Numbered from the whole stretch's first letter, positions 1 through 13,517 are shown. The stretch is 62,902 bases of DNA, filler included, from Rhabdomonas costata (GCA_019059605.1; 57 parts of 57 records of this genome joined end to end with filler, not necessarily neighbours in it), one strand, 5' to 3'. Notes: generated by a model from the sequence alone, not told the origin. Numbers and translations are program-made.

Positions 1-1006
1 GGTTGTTGTGTGCATGACCGCCAGACACTGCAGGAGGGGTTGGGTGACAATCACATGATGCTCACGCGCGCCCCAGTTGAGGATACGGAGGACACCCGTG
101 TACCAATGGGGAATCAGGCTCCTTCGCGGCGCCAGAGGAGAAGAGAGGAGCAGGAGATTGGAATTTAGATGGAAATGACATCGTGTCACCGCACAGATGC
201 GGCACCGCTGGATGGTCTGCATTTTGGTTTTGCCCTTGGACAGGGAGGGAGGAAGTCACCAGAGCGACACACCGTCTCTAACAGCCCCCCATCTATCGGA
301 AGTTGAAACTGAAGTTGAAACGTAGGGTACCTTCGGGACACCTTTCTTGTTCTTCCCCTTCGCTTTCCCGTTTTCCCCTTTCCTCCATCTTTTTCTGTCG
401 CGCACAACTATATACAAACACATACAAACGTAGACATATACACTCTCTCAGTCACCTTAACCAAAAAAAGAAATGCAGATTTGCCGTAAACGTTACCCAA
501 GGTTTTCAGTTTTGTTTCACCAGTGGATGAGGTGCGATGGAGGGGGGGGGGGTTATTGGCTTTCCGCTTTTCCACTTTTTGTCTTTGTGTTTCCTGTGTT
601 GCCAAAGGAGTGTCCTTTGATTGGGAGGCGCTGAGGGGCACCCCGCTGCAGCTGGACCAGCCTGTGTGAAAGCCGCTTCCTGGCGGGACATGCGCTTCAC
701 GCCATTACTTCCGCCTGGGGACCCAGGCGACGCTGAGACTGTAACGTTCTTTCCCTTTCTCGAAAGCGCAAGCACAAGACGGAGCTTCTTCTCTCGAGGC
801 ACCTGGTCCGCAATGACCCCGGATTCCACCACACTCATCACGTGGCACACAGTTGTAACACAACAAGAATTTGCAGTGGCCGGGCTGTGGACTTTCGCCG
901 TGTTTTGATGCCAGCCTGCAATACCCCAAAAAAAAAAGAGGGGGCATTGGTCATTCGATTTTGGGATATTGCAGGCTGGCATCAAAACACGGCGAAAGTC
1001 CACAAC

Positions 1007-1106
1007 NNNNNNNNNNNNNNNNNNNNNNNNNNNNNNNNNNNNNNNNNNNNTTAATTAATTAANNNNNNNNNNNNNNNNNNNNNNNNNNNNNNNNNNNNNN
1101 NNNNNN
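1007..1106. other. Artificial contig linker N44-TTAATTAATTAA-N44 (first of 56, recurring every ~1.1 kb)
   Basis: Identical 100-nt block with stops in all six frames separates ~1005-bp contigs; ORFs ending in X...LIN are read-through artefacts. Confidence 0.99.
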
Positions 1107-1677
1107 GGGGGGTGTTTAAATCGAACACGCAAGTTCCGATTTCCCGAAACGTCTGACAACATCCCTGTTGCTCCAGGAATTGCGATGGAGTTGACGCATG
1201 TCCTTTTTGCTGTCTGTAACCCCTGTGTTATCGATTTGAATCCTGCGATTCAAGCGGGCCGCACGTGTTGCCACCACACTGGTGCCCTTGTCCTGAAGAC
1301 GGCTTCTCGCAATTCCTGGAGCAACAGGGATGTTGTCAGACGTTTCGGGAAATCGGAACTTGCGTGTTCGATTTAAATGCACCCCATACCCGTCACAGTG
1401 AGGGTGGCAGGGTGGCAAATCTGAAGCTCATATTCATGTAACTGGACTGGGGAAACGCGGGAACAAATGTCACTGCGTTTAAAGGAGTTTTTTAGTGGGC
1501 GGGTGTGGCCCACGTGGTTGTCAACATAAAAAGACCCCCTGCTGCACACTCCTCCTCCGCTGGAAGAAATAGGAAGCATCGAGTGCGCGTTGTTTCTTCC
1601 TAATTTCAAGAATGGTCCCCAGCACTGGTTTCCTTTGTTGTGTGGAATCCCTGTGTGTTGTATTGTTTTGTCCCCAG

Positions 1678-1826
1678 GTACTGTGGCGCTCCAGGCCAGC
1701 AGCCCTGCGACGGGCTGGACCGGTGTTGCCAGGTCGCGAAGTGGTGCCAAGGGCAGCTGGGCACGTGGAGCTGCGTGTGCCTGAGGCAGTTCCGGGACTG
1801 CGTGGCGGAGCAGTACGACCCAGAAG
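1678..1826 (+). CDS. Internal exon, secreted phospholipase A2-fold protein lacking the catalytic His-Asp dyad
   Basis: cag|G...G|gttgtg boundaries; YCGAPGQQPCDGLDRCCQVAKWC resembles the plant-type sPLA2 motif YCG...PCDxLDxCCxxHDxC with HD replaced by AK. Confidence 0.6.
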
Positions 1827-3398
1827 GTTGTGGATCCCACCCACGCACACCACGCTGACCTGTGTCATGCAAGCAGGTTTTTTTTTGCAGTAGCAATTGC
1901 ATTGGATGTAAGAGAGGGAGCATGTGGTGCCGAGCCTGCGAAGTTCCAGGGGGCGCTTGGGGGAGGTCTCTCTCATACTTCGGTCTCCATTCGCCCGCCC
2001 GCAAGCGCTTTACGGGGTGAGGAGAATGGTTTTGTTTTGAGAATGCTTCAAAACGGCGACGTCTTCTGCCTTCCGCGAGTTTCATTGTAGTGTAGCTTCC
2101 GATTTCTCCCTNNNNNNNNNNNNNNNNNNNNNNNNNNNNNNNNNNNNNNNNNNNNTTAATTAATTAANNNNNNNNNNNNNNNNNNNNNNNNNNNNNNNNN
2201 NNNNNNNNNNNGGGGGTGGGGGGGAGCAGCAAAACAAAGCATAAGGACTGGTTGGAAGAGAAAGGTGCTGTGTGTTAACAAAAAAAAATTCGGGGCAAGA
2301 AATCGTCCTCGTATAAACAAAATGGTGATGGTGATGGTCTGCCTGCCCAAAAAGTCACATCACAAAAAAAAAACGATAAACGTTTAGCAGCGCCAAAAGG
2401 ACCATGGTCCCCCCTCCAAGGGAACGACCTATCCCCATCCTCCCTCCGGGCGCGCCACGGACTGGCCTGCTCCCTATTGCCAAGCGAATCGGCAAGTCCA
2501 AAACCAAATGCAACTTCCTCAGGGGACTCCCACAAGACAGGGTCCTTCCATGAATCGGCAAAAGCTAAAACCGATGAGAAGTGCAAAACATTTGACGATG
2601 AGGGGTTGTGCCGTTGTAATGTGTGTTGTGTGAGGTTGTGTGAGGGCAGGTACGAGAGGAGGTGGCGATAGCCCCGGGGCACGGGGAGCAGGGCGAGCCC
2701 GGTGCGGGGGTCCTTGGGGAGCCCCAGGTAGCCCAGAGTGGCGTCCTGGGAGTTGTGCTGCTGCAGCCGGCGCAGCAGCTGGGCCTTGGTGTGCACCACA
2801 CCCATCTCCGGGCGCCACTTTGAGGGCTTCTTCAGCTTAAGCTGACACACACACACATCCACACGTTAGTAAGCGGTGGCACATGTTTGTGCTGGTGGCA
2901 AAGGGAGAAGTTTTCAGGATCTTTTTTCCTGCTTCATACAGCACAATAATTTTGTCAGAAGTGCCAAATCGCAGTCAGTAACCGAGGCACGGCACACCAG
3001 TATACCAATAGCAAAAGATTCATTGGGAATGCAAACAGTCAATTCAGAGTGTTAGAAAACGCACCCGCACACACATACGTTGTGCACTTGGTAACGGAGA
3101 ATATTTCTTGGCCTTTTTTCCGGCTTCACACACCACAAGGCGGTTGCCAGAAACACACCCAAACACCACCACCAAAATCATTCTCGAAATCGATTAATAG
3201 ATCATGCACACCAACAANNNNNNNNNNNNNNNNNNNNNNNNNNNNNNNNNNNNNNNNNNNNTTAATTAATTAANNNNNNNNNNNNNNNNNNNNNNNNNNN
3301 NNNNNNNNNNNNNNNNNGCTTCGGCTTGCTCCCCAGGGAATCGAAGGATGGGCATGAGCGGGAGATCGAGGGGGGAGGGAATGGGGGAGGAGCGAGAC

Positions 3399-3611
3399 CC
3401 GGCAGCCGTTGTCCTCCATCATGGTTTGTGCCAAGGAGTACTGGTCGGAGCAGGTGTCGCCTTTGTACGGGGACACGCACTGGCAGATCCCCGAGGGCTG
3501 GCAGGTGCCCTGCCCGTTGCACACCGGAGTGCTGCTGAGGCAGTCTCGCTGCTTGAAGGTGGGGGAGGGGAACACAAAGTCCGCCGTGGCGATCCGCACG
3601 GGCGCGACAAC
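3399..3611 (-). CDS. Exon encoding an EGF-like domain
   Basis: CLSSTPVCNGQGTCQPSGICQCVSPYKGDTC has EGF cysteine spacing; AG acceptor and GT donor on the minus strand. Confidence 0.75.
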
Positions 3612-6600
3612 CTGTGGCGGAAGAAAAAGCTCTTCAACATCCCCTTCAGTGAAGCACAAAAAAAGAAAGGAAACGCTCTGGAAAACGGGTGAGGCTCTCT
3701 ACGGCAGGCACTCCTGAGAGGGTCCTGAGAGAATGCGAATGCGTCCTGAGGTGGCCGCACCTGAGCAACAGATTTTCAAAAAAAAAGCAAAGGGTGTGTG
3801 CATGTGTGTAAATGTGTGTAGCTTATCGTCTTTGGCCACAGTGTGGTGAAATCATTGAGCTCATTGCGTTGGAGTGGATGCCCACGAAGTGATGATGGCA
3901 CGGACGCGCTTCCACTCTTCAAACCACACAGGCAGTGCGCATCAATATGCCTCTGGGTGAAACTTACTTGCTGAATCACCGTGTGGCAGCAGTCCGCAAG
4001 CAGCATGCCCGGGAACTGCTACAATGGCATGCGCCCTTATGTCTGAATTGGACGCTTCCAAAAAACCCTCTTTCAGATGCAATGACCATTCTTGGCAGGC
4101 TATGTACTTTAATTCTGCACCAGCTCTCTTTTGCCATGACCCGGGCCAAAAACCTCCCGCGTGGTGCACACCCAAAGACTTTTGCATTATTGCAACTTGC
4201 AAGGCGCAGGGTTTGCGCGGCAAGGACCTGGAGAGCCAAGGACAGGTCGAACTGCAGCCGCTCAAAGTCATCGTCCTCCTCCATCATCCCCGTGGAGTCG
4301 TATCCGATATACCCCCAACCCCNNNNNNNNNNNNNNNNNNNNNNNNNNNNNNNNNNNNNNNNNNNNTTAATTAATTAANNNNNNNNNNNNNNNNNNNNNN
4401 NNNNNNNNNNNNNNNNNNNNNNGTGTGTGTGTAGGTGTTGGTGGACGAGTGGGACGTGTTTATTTTAGGGCCGGAGGCCAGCCGCGGCGGGACACGTAGA
4501 CCAGTCTGCCGTGAGCGGTGGGCGGGCTGCTGAGGCGTAACATTGTTTGGGCAGGAATTTGGGTCTTGTGAGACATCACCATTAAATTTGGGAAGGACCT
4601 GGGGTGGCGAGCCCTCAAAACTGGTTTCACTTTTTTTAGCCTATGACGACGTTATATCGAACAACAACATTCTATAAATAACCACCTTCGTTAAACCGTT
4701 AACATCCCCCCTCCCCCAAGTGCCCCCGATCCTATTTTTAGAGCCCATGAACGCCGCACTGTCTTGTACACACTTGTGACCACTTAACACCACCCCTCCG
4801 GCAGAAACGTAAAAATGTGCACGTGGGTCGCAGTACCTTGGAACCCACGTGTGGAGCAGCCACGCGGGCTGCCTCCTCGTCGGGCTGTTGAGTGTCGCTG
4901 TGGCCGGAGTGAATCAGTGGATGGGGAAAGGTGCTGTCCGTCGGACGAGCTGCTGCTACGGGTGCTGCCGTGGAATTAGGGGAGGACCATGGGGCCTCGC
5001 TGGACGCATCCCACTGCGTGGCGTCATCATCGTCATCATCACCATCGGGGATGAACCTTTCATCCATCGAACGAAAGAAGCACAGGAAGCTCACGAAGCA
5101 CACAGAACAGAAAAGTAGGCACACCCGCACGCACACTGGACCAAAGCTACAGCGAAAAAATCGCTGCACAAAACTGCAAAACTGCACAAAACAAAAGATG
5201 GTTTTTGCCACCACAGGCCAACATCATTGCTAATCACAGGTTCCAGCAACATCACCTTTCTGATGCAGACCTCTGCGCCCATTGCACCCTTGAGATCCTC
5301 CTTTCCCCTCCAAGGAAAAGCCGAAGTTCAGCGCTATACGCAAGCTGCGGTAAGCGGAAAGGACGGAGAAGAGAGGTCAGCTTCAAAGGCGAAAACCCCA
5401 GTAGCTTTGCCACTTCCCCACACCAACNNNNNNNNNNNNNNNNNNNNNNNNNNNNNNNNNNNNNNNNNNNNTTAATTAATTAANNNNNNNNNNNNNNNNN
5501 NNNNNNNNNNNNNNNNNNNNNNNNNNNGTGGTGTTCCAGCGAGAGATCTCTGTCTCCTCCCACAAGGAGCAGTTAAGCGTCTCGGACTTCCTGCTACTCC
5601 GAGACGCTTAACTGCTCCTTGTGGGAGGAGACAGAGATCTCTCGCTGGGACACCAGCTGTTCTGCGACCACTGAACCGGCTTCACTGGTGTGAACCAGAG
5701 TCCGCCGGCACAGCGTCTCAGAGACCTCTACCTGAGAAGGCCCTTGCGGCTGAGGGTACTCGTTCATGGGTTCGACCTCGGACCTCTCAGGCTGAGGGGC
5801 AGCTGGTGGTGGGCTGGGCACGTAAGGAACAAGCGGGGCTTTGATGGGATCGATGGCCATGGGAGCGCTGTCGGGCCTCCTCTCTTCCTCGCGTGACCGC
5901 TTCCAGCAAAGAAGTGGACGTTCCGTGGCACGGTCCACCTCCATAACGGGAGCTTCCTGGTCAGCTTCCGTTTCCGAATCCACCTGCATGGGTGGTTCTT
6001 CAGGTGTTTTGGGTTCGGAATGGGCTGAAGGGACCTCGGCCGCGGCGGCGGAGTGCTGGTGGCTGCTGCTGCTGCTGCTGCCGCTGTCTGGGCGGACTCC
6101 TGGGGCGCTCGATGCGGGTGTTGGCTTGGAGTTTTTGGAGCGCGTGATCACAAAGACCTGAAGAAACCGGCTTCCGCAGGCGTCCTGCAACAATGGAGCT
6201 GGATTTGTCGGCTCGGGACCGGGTTTTCCGTCCGTCCTGAGAAGGAACTACCAGACATTGGGGAACCATATCTGAAGCTCCTTCACACGGATGTCGAATG
6301 TGTGCCACTTCTGGAAGAGGAAGCGCGGTAGCGCACAATGTGGTGAGGGTGTGACCCCTCCCTATCATGCACTGTGGAGGACCTTGGTGCCGTCATTACG
6401 AACATTCTCACGCGAACCCCGAGATACACAACCGAGCTCCACTTCGCTGTGGTCTTGTAGTCCATGTAGGCGTCTTGAGAGGGGAGTGGCACGCCTGCCG
6501 AGTAAATATCGTCGATGTAGCACCAAACCCCANNNNNNNNNNNNNNNNNNNNNNNNNNNNNNNNNNNNNNNNNNNNTTAATTAATTAANNNNNNNNNNNN

Positions 6601-6635
6601 NNNNNNNNNNNNNNNNNNNNNNNNNNNNNNNNCAG

Positions 6636-7159
6636 ACGGCGGAAGCAACATCCAGCGTGCAGGGCACCGTGGTGCAGTTTGTGGCGATGGCGGGTGTACT
6701 TATGGTGGGATGCTTCGTGTTCGTATCTGTCGTGGGGGTTCTGGTGGGCCGGACGGTGCGGAAGCTGTCGCGGCAGATGTCTCGAGTGGCGGCGATGCAG
6801 CTGGAGGGCCTTCAGCCGATGTGCTCTCGGTCTGTGGAGCTGGACCACCTGCAGCGGAGTTTTGCGATGATGGTGAAAAGTCTTGAGAGCTACAAGAGCT
6901 TTCTGCCAGTGGGTGTGACGAATGGACCGAATGCCCCGATGAGCCCGGATTCCTTGGGAGATGACGTCCGTCTTCCCTGGACTTCCAGCTCCGCAGGCTT
7001 TCCGGTGACCCCGACCTTGGTGGATGCGTCAGCATCGTCCTTCTTGGATGGCTCGGTTCGGCGTGTTGTTTACGTGGCTCCGCCCTCACCGAAGGGTCTT
7101 CCACTTCGATATGGTGCTGTGCTGTGCATCAACCATGTGGGCACCCATCGACTGAGCAG
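6636..7159 (+). CDS. Exon of a receptor-type protein: TM helix, HAMP, coiled coil and start of a class III cyclase-like domain
   Basis: Hydrophobic helix, then VRKLSRQMSRVAAMQLE...ELDHLQRSFAMMVKSLESYKSFLP (HAMP plus signalling helix), then RYGAVLCINHVGTH; cag| and |gtttgt boundaries. Confidence 0.65.
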
Positions 7160-8429
7160 GTTTGTGAGTAGGCCGTCTCCATTTCCATCATGTAAGGACT
7201 TTCGACTGGGACATGTTCCCTCCTTCCTGGAGATGTCGCTGGGGTTCTGCAGTTTGTTTTATTTTGCTTTGGGGAACATCATTTTGTTCGAGTGCTCTTT
7301 CTCATGGCTGCAAGCTGGTTGTCACGATTCGAACTGAAGCAGGCGGAGCTCTCGAAACTAGCATCCCCCATCGATGAGTCCTTCAAACAAAAACCCGCTC
7401 GGTGCTTTTTGCAGCACATTCGGCAACTCGATGCCTTCCGCAGCCTCTCTGCCCCGCTGCTATTTATTTTTAGGCACCATTCCGCGACGTTTGCCCACAC
7501 GGTGGCTGAGCTCGTTGCGATGATCAAGTCGGCCATTGGTGAAGGCATCCCCACCACCGAATGGCGAAATTCGATGCAGACAAAGGCCACGTGAGGGAAC
7601 GCGTATCCAATGCCCCACCGAATACCTACCCCAACCCNNNNNNNNNNNNNNNNNNNNNNNNNNNNNNNNNNNNNNNNNNNNTTAATTAATTAANNNNNNN
7701 NNNNNNNNNNNNNNNNNNNNNNNNNNNNNNNNNNNNNGGGTGGGTGTTGCCCAGGTTGTCCTACCGAACAAACCAAGCAAACATCCAAGCGCCGAACAAC
7801 CCAGCATGATCATGCATCAGAGAATGGCAGAGCCGCAACATACACTAGTCGCGCGCCTTGAGGAGCTTCCCTTCCTGCGACGGTGCAGTTGTTGTTGTTG
7901 CACATCCCTGCAGAGGAGGTACTGGCTCCTTGGAAATTGACTGCTGGACTGGGGTGGTGGCCAGCACACGGGGAGAGGATCCAGCATAATGCCATGTTCC
8001 CAAAGCGGCATTTTCAGGTGCATCTCTTGAGGTGTGCTGAAAAGTAGAGTCCAGATGGCCTTGTTTGTAAATCGAAGCTCCCAAAGGCATTATCAAATGA
8101 CCAAAGACCTTTTAAATAGTTGTCGAATATGCGTGCTAGCAGTCACTGCTGACGACAAAAGTATGCATTGCACGGAGGCAAGCAAACACGCACACGCGGG
8201 CAGCGACATACCACAATGTCAGTGGTGGCCCCGGACTGCAGCAGGGCTTCCACGGCCTCCGTGCTGCCGCTGAGGACGGCGACGTGGAGAGTAGTCCTCC
8301 CCTCGGAATCCTAAAGGGGAAACAACACACACTGGCACACGGAGAGGCATGGGCGTGCATCCTTTCCTTTCCTTTCCTTTCTCTACACATTGAACGGCCT
8401 TCCAAATAGGAATCCTATGCCTCTCGTTA

Positions 8430-8742
8430 TATCGGTGTGTAGCACCCGCAGTGGTGCAGCGTCAGGACACAAACCCGTACTGGTAGGGATGACATCCACA
8501 CACCATGGGCTGATACTGTTGTGACACGGATGCCATGCTGAGGTCGAGACCACCACCCAACTTCGGACCCACACGACCACCACAACATAGTCAAGGTGAC
8601 ACACAGTACAACCAGGGTAAGCCACGCCTAGGAGTGGAGATGCCAACATGCCCTACGCTAGGATGCCAACCACCTACACTCTGTAGCACCAACACTACAC
8701 AAGGTACACAATAGTAGAATGCTACGCATGCGCATGTGAGAG
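8430..8742 (-). other. G+T-skewed mitochondrial-like segment, possible cox3 N-terminal relic
   Basis: Minus strand has the same G/T skew and shares CTAGCGTAGG and GTAGGTGGTTGG words with the cob contig; one frame reads TMLWW...QHGIRVTTVSAHGVW, with cox3-like H-x3-V-x6-G spacing. Weak. Confidence 0.3.
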
Positions 8743-9303
8743 NNNNNNNNNNNNNNNNNNNNNNNNNNNNNNNNNNNNNNNNNNNNTTAATTAATTAANN
8801 NNNNNNNNNNNNNNNNNNNNNNNNNNNNNNNNNNNNNNNNNNGGGAGGGGGGTGACTGCTGAGTGATCACATGGTTGGCTCAACACTTATCTGTTCCTGG
8901 GACTTCGGGAAAAAGACAAAGGAATACGGGGCTCTCAATTCACCTTGCTTTCCGTGCTGCAACGACGGCCATACTATATGTCGCATCCTGCCCGGTTCCA
9001 TTCGGAGGGCAAATAGAGACAACAAGTGGTTAAGAACCTGAGTATTCGCGTCTGGATATTTTTATAGCAAGCAAGGGGTTTGGGTAGCCCAATCCCAAAA
9101 ATAGACGCACTGCTCCCTTAAAACGCTGAGGTGTGCAGAGGCTTCCACGGTTTCCGAACAGGGCAGAAGAAGAAAGCAGTAGAACAAAGCAAACGTCCTG
9201 CACTGGGATACAGAGGGGGGTGAGAGCGGTCGGCAGGCTACGCCAGCCTCCCTTCCACCCTTCCCTCATGTTCTTCTCCGCATCGCGAGGAGGATGGATG
9301 GAG

Positions 9304-9394
9304 CTACGGGGTGGGATCCCGGGGGGCCGAACCACCGAAGAGCTGCCCTGCGAGCTTCGACATCACGCCCATCACCTCAGGGTCGTTCATGTAC
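9304..9394 (-). CDS. Last exon, STI1-domain co-chaperone (HIP/ST13-like C-terminus)
   Basis: YMNDPEVMGVMSKLAGQLFGG...* after a cag acceptor, resembling the HIP C-terminal STI1 motif. Confidence 0.55.
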
Positions 9395-10108
9395 CTGTGA
9401 AAGTGGGGTGTGGCGGTGATGGTTGGTGACGGGGTCGCAGTGGTGTGCGGGCGCAGAAAAGAGTCGCTGATTCGGTCAACGGCTGATACATCCAAAAGAT
9501 CGGTACGTGCAACGCGGGGGCAGAAGTGTTTCCCAATCACTGCTCGACAATGCGCTGAGGACGCCTTGGGACACACACATACACATGTCCATCTGACGTT
9601 CATCCCTCGCGACGTTAATTAATTAAGTCGGGACACAACTACTTTCAGTGAGAACCTGAACTTCCCAAATCTTCCCAGATACACACGCACGTGGAGAGAA
9701 GAATTCTTTCGGGGGAAGCGTTTGGGTTTAGACAAGGACCATAAATACACCTTCTACTCTGACGCCGCAGGCGTGCCAAAAATAGAGGGAAAATCAAGAG
9801 GAATTTCAGTTGTTCTTCGACGTTGGATGCAGAGAAGAACTTAGGGANNNNNNNNNNNNNNNNNNNNNNNNNNNNNNNNNNNNNNNNNNNNTTAATTAAT
9901 TAANNNNNNNNNNNNNNNNNNNNNNNNNNNNNNNNNNNNNNNNNNNNTTTTGGGTTGTTTTTTGTGCTCATGCCTCGAGCCGCTTTTCAAGGTGCTGTCG
10001 ATCGCTTCGTATCGCTTTCGATTCGATTTTCAGGGGTTTTCTTTTGCCGCAAGGTGGGGGCGATTAAGATACCTACCGCCCCCCCCCCTTTTTTTTCCTT
10101 TGCCACAG

Positions 10109-10158
10109 GTCGCTAGCGGAGGTTTTGAACGCCTGCTGAGGATATGGTCACTGGATAA
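10109..10158 (+). CDS. Short exon, WD40 repeat
   Basis: VASGGFERLLRIWSLD between a pyrimidine-tract cag| and |gtatgc. Confidence 0.6.
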
Positions 10159-12652
10159 GTATGCGCGCTGTATTTTTTTTTGGGTATTTTCTGTAGGAAT
10201 GCCATCACCTGAACCTTCCCCAATCTTTTTCTGGGGACATGTCTAGAGGGGACTGCATCTTCCGAGCGATTTTTTTGGGTGGTGCATTCGTTTCATCAGT
10301 ATGTCCGTTTCTGTCAGTGGCTTTGCGACGCACTTACTCACACGCACTTACTGTCTGTCTTCAGAGTTTTGGAGGATAAGGGCTCTGGCACACGGGAGTA
10401 TCTCCACTGCGCCCTCCTCGGACACTCTCGGGTATTCACAGAGTTTGCAATCGTAAGTGCACGTGAGCTCATCCTTTGGGGGGCGGATGTTTCAATCTGT
10501 TCGGCGTTGAGGTCTGCTCTGAGTGAGCCCGCACCCAACGCAAACATTAATGAATCGCCTCGCACGAGCCTTCTCTTCTTTTTCACTGAAGTGCATAAAT
10601 AAACAGAAGTCCCTAGTGTAGCCGAGATTACCGACGAGGTGTGCATTAATATGATACAATTCGAAGCTCCAGCCTTTGGAATCGAGTTCTCTTTTTGAAC
10701 CGAATCGCTTGCGTTTGTGGCTTCCGGGCAATTTCAAGCTTTCTCTCTCCTGTCGGCAGCCCATCATGGCCTGCGGGTTTGGCTACCACAACCGAGCATG
10801 GGTTTTCAGGTGCGCCAGCTCGATGTGTCTGCATGGATACATACCTACCTCTGTTTGCGAATGGGCCCCCCTGGAACCCGAGCCCGAGCTGTGAGTTTCA
10901 AAACTTGTGCTGGACTGACTGGTATGAGCGTATATATTTAACACAACACCACNNNNNNNNNNNNNNNNNNNNNNNNNNNNNNNNNNNNNNNNNNNNTTAA
11001 TTAATTAANNNNNNNNNNNNNNNNNNNNNNNNNNNNNNNNNNNNNNNNNNNNGTTTTTTGTGGTATTTTTGGCCGCATCGCTGCATATTTCGACAGCTTC
11101 CAGCATCCAGTTCTGTCAGCTGCCTGTGTGTGATGGAGCCAGAGCAGGAGCAATGACCGAAACGAAATGAATAAATAAATTCATCTCGCGGTCTTGGACC
11201 TTTTCCGGAGGAACAGTTCCTCCGAAATGGAACGTGGAATTATTGGTTTGAGGGAATGTGCCGAGTCGCAGCGTGGGGTGGGTTAGAGCGCACGTGGACG
11301 TCACGACCTGTGGTGAGGAGAATTACTACTGGTGATGATCGTCACCCCAAGTGCCATAGCTCCTCCACGACTGAGCGTGACAGTGACGCACCCCTACACG
11401 AGTGCCCCGCGAGCGCAACCACTGCAACATGACATCTAATCAGATCCTGAAAGAAGGGCTGGACGTTGGGGGTAACATGATTACCAGTGGTAATATCTTT
11501 AGGACATGATTCATTGCATGTGGGGGCGTCACCGATGCCCACTGCACCCACTGCAGGACCTGTTCCACTGCGCACCTCCACTTTACTATAACCCTCCCGA
11601 GTTTTGTGACCAGTAACATCGAACGATAAGAGAGGCTTGGCGATGTCCCCTCCAATCGGCGATCGTGGGTGTGTGCACTAGCATCTCTGCTCGATACTTG
11701 GGTCAGTTTCACAAGACACAAGACACAGGTGTTTCCTTTCATGCCCCCTTGTTGTGTCTGGCCTTTTTTTGCTCGTGCGTACTTTTTTTTTCCTTTTTGA
11801 AATGGTGTTCTGTGCCTGTCTCTTGCGGTAAGCTCTTCCCAGGCTCCCCCCAAGCGGTGGTGGTCACATCTCCCGAGAACACCTCCTCAAAGGTCCCAAC
11901 TCGGACCCCACCCCTCGCTCAGCTCGTGCGCGGTTTAGCCCGCAAGGAGCTCAAAAAGGGAAATCCTTCCCCAAAAAATGCGTGCTGTTGCTCGGGCACG
12001 GGCCTTCGGGGCACGGGCAACCCCAGGGCCCCACCACACACCAGCCCCCGCGCACCGNNNNNNNNNNNNNNNNNNNNNNNNNNNNNNNNNNNNNNNNNNN
12101 NTTAATTAATTAANNNNNNNNNNNNNNNNNNNNNNNNNNNNNNNNNNNNNNNNNNNNTGGGGGGGTGGTGGGTTTATTACTGGTACAAATACTGTCAGGC
12201 ACCAAAATCGGCTCGAATCCATATGGCGGTCGAACACGCTCGTCTCGATTTGGCATGAGGCTGAAGGCCACTCTGGCCCCAACCCAAACCAGGACTTCCC
12301 TGTGGAACATGGGGGGCCAGCAGGTGCCTCAGAATTGGGACATAAGTTGCCTCGGCACGCATAAATGGCCGGAGTCTCGTTCAGTGGCGAAACTTTATAG
12401 AGAGAGAGACACACACACGCGCTTTGTGCACTTGGCAAGGTTTTTCTCGGGAGTACTCGAGGTCCAGTTTCCCCATGGGCTCCCAACCTTCGATGGGGCC
12501 TCGGGCCTCGACCCCTTGATATTCCACGGTTCCTTATCCCTTTCGCTTGCCAAGCAGGGTTGACTTAACTCATGTGTCCCCGATCCACCGTGTACGCGGG
12601 GCCTTGGGAACACCCACTGGCGCGTTCAGAGATGCTTGGATTCGCCTACTTT

Positions 12653-12757
<105 letters not shown>

Positions 12758-13341
12758 CATAAAAATATTCCATAATTTCAGCTTTGTCCCATTCCCATTT
12801 CTCTAAAAATAAAGGATAATTTCTTTTATAGTTTTTCATGAATACGATTCATTAATACCTTTTATTCTTTGACTTAGGGTACTTTTAGGTTATTTTCGGT
12901 ACCTGAACAACACACTAGTGTGGCAGGATACTACGGTGTATCGGTAACAATCGGCAACAAAAAGGGGGCAAACTATGGCAATAAGCTGTAAATACAGTGC
13001 TTGACGCTCATTGTGGACGCTTCTAACCATTTGAAGCCTCCTTTGTCATCTTGTCATGCCCTACATTCAATATTTTCATAAAATATTTTCCAATTTTTTA
13101 ATCAAAATTGCGAAAACTTATGAAACTTATGAAACTTATGCAACTTAAGTGACGATAGTCCCCCCCCAACANNNNNNNNNNNNNNNNNNNNNNNNNNNNN
13201 NNNNNNNNNNNNNNNTTAATTAATTAANNNNNNNNNNNNNNNNNNNNNNNNNNNNNNNNNNNNNNNNNNNNTGTTGGTGGGTGTGTGGGGCTTGGAAAAA
13301 TGTGGTGCTGGAAGAAGTGACAGGTGCAAAGGGGGCACACT

Positions 13342-13517
13342 TGTGGGTTTCCACGGCGGGGTCGGAGAGGGGAACCTCCCCGGCGATGATGCGATCGAGG
13401 AAGTTCCACACCAGCTCCGAGCTCTTCACGGGCTCCCGGAAGGGCAGCCTGCGGTGCTCCCAGCGGTCGTGGATGCTGTTCCACACCTCACAGGGGTAAA
13501 CCACACGCGCTGGGGGC
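13342..13517 (-). CDS. Internal exon, hypothetical protein
   Basis: GC-rich, codon-biased stretch PPARVVYPCEVWNSIHDRWEHRRLPFREP...ETHK with AG/GT boundaries; family not recognised. Confidence 0.45.

Noticed and set aside
1051-1062. Regularly spaced TTAATTAATTAA as a CRISPR-like or satellite array
   Set aside because: Embedded in N runs; it is an artificial six-frame-stop linker.
886-1377. Inverted repeats at contig ends: 886-923/967-1004, 1115-1185/1307-1377, and likewise 5536-5648, 18806-18890, 25115-25323, 37589-37680, 49441-49632, 55028-55156, 55729-56264 and 62793-62897
   Set aside because: One arm always abuts a contig end or primer tail, the arms are unrelated to one another, and some copy coding sequence. 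This fits amplification fold-back chimeras, not structured RNAs or transposons.
9615-9626. TTAATTAATTAA inside a contig without Ns, flanked by CGAC/GTCG
   Set aside because: Single short AT palindrome; the contig is normal length, so it is not a hidden join, and no function can be supported.
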